A stretch of DNA of 63,021 nucleotides, the filler included, from Reticulomyxa filosa (lineage: Eukaryota; Protista; Foraminifera), in the NCBI GenBank assembly GCA_000512085.1. It is 14 parts of 14 records of this genome, joined end to end, with 100 filler letters (N's around TTAATTAATTAA, not from the genome) between each part and the next. Parts side by side here need not be neighbours in the genome. Positions count along the whole stretch, not along the records: positions 51,606 to 57,254 come from ASPP01010834.1; positions 57,355 to 58,354 come from ASPP01041426.1; positions 58,455 to 59,888 come from ASPP01009151.1; positions 59,989 to 61,655 come from ASPP01003939.1; positions 61,756 to 63,021 come from ASPP01029013.1; 9 more parts are not named here. One strand, given 5' to 3'. Below are positions 54,066 through 63,021 of this stretch, in pieces. Within the stretch, counting starts at the first letter, position 1. The number at the start of each line of letters is the position of its first letter. Under the pieces are notes generated by a model. The model saw only the letters and a list, made by a program, of their open reading frames with translations. It was not told where the DNA came from and made no database searches. The position numbers and the translations under genes are program-made.

Positions 54066-57000
54066 TCACTTGGCTTGCATCTCTTGGATCATTTCATCGA
54101 TTTCATTGGGGCCTAACATGACATCTTCCGTTTCTTCTCTGGAGGCGTTTGTTTCATTTGCTGTGGCAGTGTTGGCCCCATTTTCACTAGCCTTGGCATT
54201 CTTAATAATTTCTCTGACAGTGTCTTTATATTCAAGATCAGTATGATCCATGTCAATATCAGGCCGTGTCAACAGCTCGTTGCCTTGGCCTTGTGAAATC
54301 CTCAATGACTTTACACTAATCCAAATGCGATCCAACAGGGCGGGAATTAGCAAGAAAATGATCAAAGGAAACCAAATGAAAATCATAAATACATAAAAAG
54401 ATAAAATTTCCATGATAACCTGCCATCGAAAGAAGCGGCTTTCTGTCGTATAAGGACGAAAACAATTTGGGCATATGGTTTGGCGATATAACAATTTCTT
54501 CATCAATGCTTTATCTGCCTCATCAATCATTTGATATTGTCGAAACAATTCAAAGTAGTCATTGATGTCTCCAGTGGCTGAATCCGTGTCGTGTCGACAG
54601 TATTGGCAATATACAGCAAATTTTTGATCAAATGGCGAATCCATTATTGTCGTTTGTTGCAAAGGAACAAACAGACTTCTGTACCAAGGTTTATCCCTCC
54701 TCAGATGCAAACGATAGCGCAACGTATTCTTTTGTTTATCTTGCGCATCATCTATTGAGAGCAAAGAAAGAAGAAGAAGGGGGGGGAGGACGGAAAAAAA
54801 AAAGAGCCACATTGTTATTATTTTTTTTTTTCTTCCTCCCCTTCCATCTCCTCCTACCTTTTTTTATCATTGAAATCAATAAGTAAAGTGAACAAATCGA
54901 AACAAATTTTTTTTTTTTTAAAAAAAAAAAAAAGAGATAAACTTGTCTCGTCGACATCTTGGACAGCCGTGGGTGTTTCCTTAAGTTCAGATTTGGTGTC
55001 TTCGTGCAACAACAAGGAAGAATTCTTGTCATTTTGCTTCAAAGGGATATGGATGGCGGTGTGGTTATTTAGGGACTTGGATTCCGGATCAATTGAATCC
55101 GGATCGACCGAGGCAATGACATTTAGTTCTTCTTCACTCGTAACCACAGGCACAGCCACCTCCGAGTGCTTTTTTTCGATTTGGATTGAGCCTTGATCAA
55201 TTTCCCAAGTAACGAGTAGTCAATTGGAAACAGATATTCTGCGTTCAATACGTAGCCGCCATAGGTTAAAAGCCGGATGAGCTGGTCCAAGACCATAACA
55301 AACGCCGTCAATGCAATGACAATCATGTTGAAAGGAGGCGGTAGCATTGCATGAGAGGTGGCCAACTCGATCGTTTTGCTGACGCGATTGAAATTGGTTT
55401 CAACCAAGCCCACCTCTTGAACAGAGTTAAACGTGCTCGCCATTAACGCAATTCTGTAAGATTACGTATATATAAACGTATAATATTACATTTTTATAAA
55501 GATTAAAATAATTTTTTCTTTTTTTTAAAAAAAAAAAAAAAAGGGGGAGGAAAAAAAAATTATTGAACACAAAAAGTTAACAAGATGTTAAATAAGATGA
55601 TACTGCCAATGACTCGATACAAGAGAATCAAGGCCTGAGCGATGGACGACCGTTCAGAACCAAAGCATACCCCACCGTCTTCAGTTTTTACGGCATCAAT
55701 CGAATCCCAGCTTTGCTGTCCCAGCAGCGATTGGACAATATACAAGGTCACGCCCGAAAACGTGTGCATCATCCCGCTATCTTCACAGGCCAAATCGCTC
55801 GCAATGAGATAGTACAAGGCTAGTATGAACCCTGCCGAAAATAAGACCAAGATAATCAACCAGTTCTACAAGGTCGTCAAACAAAAGTATGAACATTACA
55901 AAAGATTTTTTTTTTTTTTTGTAAAAAAAAAAGGGGGAAGAGGAAAAAAAGTTCGAACCAGGATATCCTTAAACATTTTAAAAATCATGGTGAGCAAAGC
56001 CCCCGTGGAAGGGTTTCTTTGAAAAAAGCTGGTGACTCGCGTCCACAACAAGACGCATTCCACCCCAAAGAAGAACATATAGGTGGTGGTGTTTGACGAA
56101 TTGCGCTCATACAAGGACGACCGATGAGAGGTTCGCTGGGTGTGATAAATGCGTACGCTAAAGCGGATAAACGCTAAAATGATCCAAACCACGCAAATGC
56201 CAATGTCCCAAAAGTTGAGCAAGCCGTTGAAATAGTCCCTGCCTTCCAGCATCAACTGCACGACTTCGAACGACACGTAGCCCAAGTTGAGTAGCCAGAG
56301 CAGCCACTCTTGCGGAGGAACAGGCTCGTACGGATAGATTTGCAAATAGGCGATCCATGATACGTACAACACATAAAACAGATACAAAAAAGCTTGGATC
56401 AAATATTGGCCCACTGGACTAAAGTAAAAATATTTGGGGGAAAACGCCAACGTGCGAAGCGTTTTAAAATTGCTTCGGTCGATTTGAATAAAGTTGGTTT
56501 GCGGATCCAAGTATTCGAAGCGATACCACATTTGTAACATCAACGGCGGAAAGCGATGGAAATCCAAAAAGTTGGTCAGCTTGAACCGCAGCGCAATATC
56601 GAAGATTGACATGTCATCAATTCCACATGGAATTTCGACCATTATTGCCAGCAAGTGATCGCTTTCAATTTGTTGCAGCAATTCTTGAGCAATCTTTACA
56701 AATAAATAAATAAATATGTTTGATGTAAATGTTGATAGCAGTATACGTACCATTGTTATGTTATACATCAAGTATGCTATAAAAAATGTACTGTGTTGAA
56801 AGGAGGAGAGGAGGGAGGAGGGGAGGGGGAGGGGCAAAGGAGAAAAAAAAAAAAAAGAAACAAACCTCAATGTACTTGTTACTAATATCTTCAAACTGCT
56901 CTTCACGACTTAAATCATTGTGGGCACATTGCTGCATAAAGGCGGCTAAATACAGACTCATGGCGGCAGGGAACTCACTGGCTTGTATCATGGTTTGACA

Positions 57001-57240
57001 CAGTTCATCCAAGCGTTCCATCTTCAATTTTGCCAACTGGGCCCTGTTTTCCTCCAGCAGCCTCACGGCAACTACATTGGGCAAACACGACGCTAAGTAG
57101 TTCAAGTAGTTCCACAAGCTGTCGCGATCTTTCACTGTCAACTGATGGACAATGAAGTAGTACAGCGACTTGCCGTACGTGTATATATCCACATCACGTA
57201 AGATTCTTGGAATCATGTTGGTTGTCGTGCCATCTTTGCT
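54066..57240 (-). CDS. TRP-like six-TM cation channel (5' partial)
   Basis: S1-S4 with YFNGLLNFWD; GALLTMIFKMFKDI linker; S5-pore-S6 ending SIILFNIL..MASTFNSV; TRP-box-like LPPPFN. Confidence 0.85.
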
Positions 57241-57356
57241 GTAAAAAAAAAAAANNNNNNNNNNNNNNNNNNNNNNNNNNNNNNNNNNNNNNNNNNNNTT
57301 AATTAATTAANNNNNNNNNNNNNNNNNNNNNNNNNNNNNNNNNNNNNNNNNNNNAT

Positions 57357-57390
<34 letters not shown>

Positions 57391-57447
57391 GTATATATGT
57401 ATATCATATGTATGTATACGTATATGTATATATCTTGAATCACACTC

Positions 57448-58354
57448 TTAACTGTTCAATTGAGGCTCTGTGTAAGTGAGACCACACAAATTGATCAAGG
57501 ACAAGGAATCAACGAGAATTGGACACAAATTTTTCAAAGCGGGACGATACCTTTCATTCATTAAAATGCTGTGTATTTTGTCCATGGAATGAGGTCCATA
57601 CGCTCCAACCAAGGGATTGTAAAAATCACAATAGAGTGGCCTTGGATCCAGAGCTGCAAATATATTTGCGAATTTTGTTTTGTTGAAAGGAGGTATTGCC
57701 TGTCGAATTACCGGTTGTGTGAATAGGATTTCGATCCAATGGATGCCCTTGCACACGTACAGTTGTTTTAGGAACCACACGTGCAGCATATGTTCGTACA
57801 AGCTGTTGGGGATCAAGACCGACGACAGCAGTTCACCCATTTGTTTGATCAGATTGTATGCGCTATCTCCTTGTTCAACTTTGGACATGCAAATATCAGT
57901 GTTAGTCAAATTCCAAATGAGTTTGCTGAGATCCGTTTTCAACTGCGAAATGCGAATAACCAACTCGAATTTATCATGGCCCTGTTCGCAACACCATTGT
58001 GCCCAATTAGTGATAAGGGCATTATTTGCATTCGCATTCTCTTCCAGCAGTATTTTTTCCAGACAGCGATTGAGAAGCACGGCGTCCTTGGATTGTAGTG
58101 ACAATGTATCGTTGTTCACACATTGATGGATGCACATGTCCCTCAACAGTTGCATCTGAAGTATGACACTTTCTTTGTTCTCATTATACAAAGAGCGCAG
58201 CAGCGTAGTATACGTATGCTGTTGCTTTGTGTCTTTGCATATGCTTTCAACGCGTTTGATGACAGCAAGCAAGTCTCGAACAAACATAGGATACTCTCCG
58301 TCGGATATATTGCGATTACTTGAATAGCTGGAAATAATGTTCCGAACACACTGT
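57448..58354 (-). CDS. Internal exon of a large helical hypothetical protein
   Basis: 279-aa ORF filling most of a 1-kb contig; family not recognised. Confidence 0.6.
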
Positions 58355-58511
58355 NNNNNNNNNNNNNNNNNNNNNNNNNNNNNNNNNNNNNNNNNNNNTT
58401 AATTAATTAANNNNNNNNNNNNNNNNNNNNNNNNNNNNNNNNNNNNNNNNNNNNTTTTTTTTTTTTTTTTTTTTTAAGTTGCAAAATAAAAAAAATTTAA
58501 AAAAGTAGGAT

Positions 58512-59848
58512 TTAAAGCGTTTGCACAGTAACGTCTTCGGAAGTGACCGAGACTCGTGTGTGCAATTGACATGGCTCTTCATCTCCACATTCGATATCGT
58601 CATCCCCATGGACCACCTCTCGACTGTGGTCTTCGGTGTACTCTTCTTCTTTCTCTTCTTTTTCTTCTTGGTCCGTGGCGGAACTGGTACGAGTGTGACT
58701 CACAATGCTGTCACATTCACTTTCGGCGATTGGTTGAGGCGGTATATTGGAGAGCAACGCATTCAGTACACTTGAGTTATCGGTAAGAAGGGCATTTTTT
58801 CCTTCCCGATTGTGGTGATTGTTGCGATAGATACAGCAACTACACGCTACTCCAATACCACAAACTACCAGCATCGATAACGACAATAATAATGCCCACC
58901 AATGCATTGTTGTATGTTTGATGGTCACTTGCATTTATATAATATATACGTTGTACATATGTATATGTATACATACATATATGTATACAATAAAGCAGTT
59001 AAAACAAAAAATAAAGGGTCGGAAAATACCATTGACATGCATTAATGTTGTGCCAATCGAAGCATGGTCGCCTAAAAAATAAAGCCGGATGGTGTTGGAA
59101 TAAGCGGTGGTTCGTTCATAAAAAGAGCTCTTTGTTGTCGTGTTTGCGTCCACAGAGATGGCCGTTGTGGCATAAAACCCATTTTGTATTTGGCACGAGT
59201 ATGGGAGGACAATGCTGTCTTCCACCGGCATGGTCATCGGGAACAAGGGTTCCTCACTTCGTTGATTGATCACAAATGGGTTGCTACCACTCAGAATTGC
59301 CCACCCAATATTACCCTGTTCACTTTCGCTCATCGCGTTGTACAACAGTAAATAATCTCCACAAGACAACTTCACCGTTTTACATTTTTCGTTCCCACCC
59401 ACCCCCAAAAGAGGGGAAAAAAAAACAACATAAAATTCAATACGTATACAAACGCGTTTCCACCCTCTTTTTTTTCCCCTCCCCCCCCCCCCCCTTTCTC
59501 TTCCTTCTTCCCTCTTTCTTAACGTCCAGAAAAAAAAAAAAAATGTACATATTGTGTAAACAGCTAAACAAGAATAGGCGACGTAGCAGGAGAAACACTT
59601 TTGGAGTCAAAGCGAGTGAAATTTGTATTTGTGGCATTGTTGACGCTGTCCGGACGCCAAGGGGACAATAACAGCTGTTGAGTGGAATTGCTCCAGTCTT
59701 CAATGGTGTTGGACCCTGTCACATGGATTTGGCTGCTGCCATAAAATATGAGGTAAGAAAACGGAGTCGAAGCCAGCAGTAGCACCGCGGACACAGCCTC
59801 TTCATTCACTATGATATTCGTCAGTCTATTTGTTGATTCGCAGACATT

Positions 59849-59851
<3 letters not shown>
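58512..59851 (-). CDS. Single-pass membrane protein, partial, multi-exon
   Basis: Three exon-like ORFs; TM WWALLLSLSMLVVCGIGVACSCCIY followed by an acidic cytoplasmic tail. Confidence 0.6.
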
Positions 59852-59884
<33 letters not shown>

Positions 59885-59988
59885 TTTTNNNNNNNNNNNN
59901 NNNNNNNNNNNNNNNNNNNNNNNNNNNNNNNNTTAATTAATTAANNNNNNNNNNNNNNNNNNNNNNNNNNNNNNNNNNNNNNNNNNNN

Positions 59989-60362
59989 TGTTTGATATTG
60001 GGAGGGCCCCCTTTGGGTAATGCCCGAAATGAAGTATCTAACAAATTTTGAGACCTCGTTACAGAAAACAAAGGATATGAAAGTGTTAGATGTTCATAAT
60101 TTCGAATACGAAGAAATCTTTGGCAGTTATTTCGTTGACACGTCTGTCAGTTTGGAGGACATCAATGAAGAAAAGAAAAAGATTGCTTACGATTCGAGCA
60201 ATTAGAATGAAGAAACAAAAGCATTTTGCAGCGTGTACAAACTACGTGCATGCTTACGATTGGTGTCAAATGATGTGCAATAATAGTTGGATGGAAAAAA
60301 ATTATAATGTGAATATGGCCGCTCAAGTGTCAATTCCAAGCCGACAAAAAAAAAAAATATGA
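59989..60362 (+). pseudogene. Coding relic with in-frame stops
   Basis: MPEMKYL..KKKIAYDSSN*NEETKAFCSVYKLRACLRLVSNDVQ**LDG stays protein-like through the stops. Confidence 0.4.
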
Positions 60363-61755
60363 ACAAGATCTCGTATTTCTTGCCTTTTTTTCATGCCAGA
60401 AATCAAACACCTGATTGGAGAAGTTTGGTTTCAAGTTTGTTTTTTTCTTTTTTTGCACGTGCAAACAAAAACGTTTTTATTTTTTACGTATAAATAAAAA
60501 TTTTTTTTAATAATATAAAATTATTGATTGCAGAGTTTTTGGTACTGTCTTGGATTGAATAAATTTTACGGATACTTGGTATGAATAGCAAATGCAATCA
60601 ATACATTTGGTGTCTAGCGACAGTGGTGGCGATCAATGTAATAACAGTCACCCAGTTGAATTTTCCGTCATGAACTCATATAACATCATTGCAATTTGTT
60701 TAAGAAGAATACTTGATTTAATACAAATAATCGTCTATTAGCTGAATCCATTCACCAAGGTAATATGTTGTTCTATTTCTCTTTGTTTTAAAATAATTTT
60801 ATTTATTTGATAGATGACTTAAGATATCAAATTTAGTTTCACTACAAAATTATAGTATTAAAATATAAATTTCCAGTAAAGTCGCAAAACGTATAGAAAT
60901 ATTTTGATATCACGTAAATATTAATTAAATCAATTGATGTATGAAGAAAAAGCTAAAAGCATTGGATAATCAATTTGTTAAATTGTTGTAATTTTTATTA
61001 TTACTATTATTATCATTGTATTTTAATTTGTATTTGTCTCAACAATTTTTTTATTTCCTTTGGTTTTGATCAATGAAATGACTTTAAAATTTGATGCAAG
61101 GCTTGAAATAGTAGGATATTCGAAACAGATATCAACTAAAGAATTGGATTAACACAGTTTAATTAAATAATGAAAAAGAAGAGCTCTGCTTTGAGTTCAA
61201 TCATAGAAACATAATATTCATTTGACTTTTCTATATTCTCTTACAAAACAACTTGACGAATCTGTTGAATATCCTTAAATATTAGAAAAAAGGTGATTGG
61301 AAATATTTAGCTTTTTTGTTTGAAATAAAAATAAATTGAAAGTGCATTCACGTATTTGGAAGAATCATGGAGAATATATAGCGGAATAAAGAAACTTTGA
61401 TGTTCAAAGGAAAAAATTAAAGGACTGAGTGCACTTTCCAAAAGTTCATGATATGTGATGTTTTGCTAAATGCACATTTGAATTTCTCAAAAACACAATT
61501 TTTTTTTTATCTGTTGTTAAATGACTCAAGGGAATACAAAAAATTAAGTTTTTTTTTTTGAAATGACAATCCTTATAGAAACACTTTATGAAAAATAAAA
61601 AAAATAAAAAAAAGCAATCAATACAATTAAAAACAAAATATACCATTTCTACAATNNNNNNNNNNNNNNNNNNNNNNNNNNNNNNNNNNNNNNNNNNNNT
61701 TAATTAATTAANNNNNNNNNNNNNNNNNNNNNNNNNNNNNNNNNNNNNNNNNNNN

Positions 61756-63010
61756 TTGAAATTGAAATTGAAATTGAGAAAAAAAAAAAAAGTTTCATCG
61801 ATATGAACGTTGCCATTCACAATGAAGTCGAGACAAGTCGTCTTGTGCAAGACAGCTGTTAAGAATTTGCACACCTTTGGCAAAGCGTTGTGCACGAGTG
61901 TTATATTTCCACTCGCCACAGAGGACAATGAAATGGTGTGAAGCGGAGGCAATTTGCACATAGTTTTGTGAATTGATGGATTTGGAGTCGATGAAAAAAC
62001 TGTTTGTGGCAAGAGCAGGACATTTGAGAATGATATATTTGCCAAGAGAGGAGGGTACAATTTGGTGCTCAAAAAAAGCAAATATCGGAGAGCATTGCTC
62101 CAGTCATTGGCAGCGGCTATGTCAAAAACGAGTTGATTTGGAAGATTGTACGGCAAGCAATGGGAGATTTGGCTGAACAAGCCCATCCACTTCCAAAACT
62201 CCATGTTTTCCATTACAATGTGTACACACGACAAGGACCTGGAAAACAGTACGTCGATGAGTTTTTTGAGGCTGTTTGTCGTCTTATCTATGGTCACTTT
62301 CACAGACTCTATTTTGGAGCTGTACCAGTGGCCGCTGTCGTTGACCAATATGGACTGCAAGAAGAAGAACCCTTGAAAGTCGATCGTAAGGCGACGCAAG
62401 TTGCAAAAGTACGGCAGCGAAGTACCATTCAGTCCTTCTACTGGCCAATTGTCACACTGCAAAAAAGTCAGTTCCTCCACATCTTCATGAAACATCATCG
62501 ACGTTGGATTTTGAGCCACAAACGTTTCTATTGCAGAGCAGCTCGTAAATTGCAATGTTTTAATCATATTTAACTTTTTATTCGAATTATTATTATTATT
62601 ATTATTATTATTAAAGTTAAGTAATGTATTCGTATTATATTCTCTGAAATCGATACAACTCCAATCAAACGCAAAACGTCGGAGTGAAGACACATGAGTG
62701 CACATTAAAATCATAGCTTGACAGAGTTCAAACGCGTTCCCCGAAAAAAAAACTCCAACGTATCCAACCGATTGCTCTTGTTCTTGTCGCTGCTATCCAA
62801 CACAATTGCCTCCTTGCTCTCCATGTCCTTCTTGCTCCTCTTCACGGAATAGTGTCTCACCAAATACAATGCAAACGCCATCACCGTGTCCAAGTTCACG
62901 CGGATTGAACGCACTTTTTCAAACTTTGGCAACGCGTGGTATTCAACCTCTGATAGATTTTGCAATTGCAAATGCTCTACCGCTACAAAGTGCTCATCTT
63001 TGATATACAT
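61756..63010 (-). CDS. LRR-like protein fragment
   Basis: FEKVRSIRV, VSSLRRFAF, MIKTLQF, EDVEELTF, FCNLRRLTI, LPPLHTISL; two ORFs join by one extra base in the A9 run at 62744-62752. Confidence 0.65.
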
Positions 63011-63021
63011 ATATATATATA

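Noticed and set aside
26826-61755. Regularly recurring TTAATTAATTAA flanked by N runs, resembling a repeat array or IES boundary
   Set aside because: Identical 100-nt assembly spacers with stops in all frames; not biological
1-63021. tRNA, rRNA, CRISPR or telomeric arrays
   Set aside because: None recognised by eye; tRNAscan-SE or Infernal would be needed to exclude small ncRNAs

Overview
AT-rich, intron-rich eukaryotic DNA made of 14 contigs joined by 13 artificial 100-nt spacers (N44-TTAATTAATTAA-N44), so adjacency across spacers has no biological meaning. The gene style (poly-N/NA low complexity, Kelch family beginning MGNQ...FQTLKELP, short homopolymer-rich GT-AG introns, many decayed relics) suggests a foraminiferan such as Reticulomyxa filosa; this is inference. 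Recognisable genes: a secreted 2OG-Fe(II) oxygenase, a UBA/SAM/U-box E3 ligase, F-box/LRR proteins, a PX-domain protein, a 3'-truncated COX15, OST3/6, a CAX Ca2+/H+ exchanger, an ArfGAP, the Fused/STK36 ARM region, a DH-domain RhoGEF, a Kelch protein, the UPF1 C-terminus, radial spoke protein 3 and a TRP-like channel. One contig is a graveyard of RNase H-containing LINE fragments. The most unusual signals are: (1) a stop-riddled, GC-eroded gene relic fused in frame to the truncated COX15, in which Arg-Asp (AG)n repeats appear converted to (AT)n; (2) scrambled, fold-back-inverted and deletion-riddled LINE pieces; (3) quasi-palindromic introns; (4) recurrent single-base frameshifts at homopolymers, probably sequencing errors. 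Exon boundaries and starts were read by eye and are approximate.
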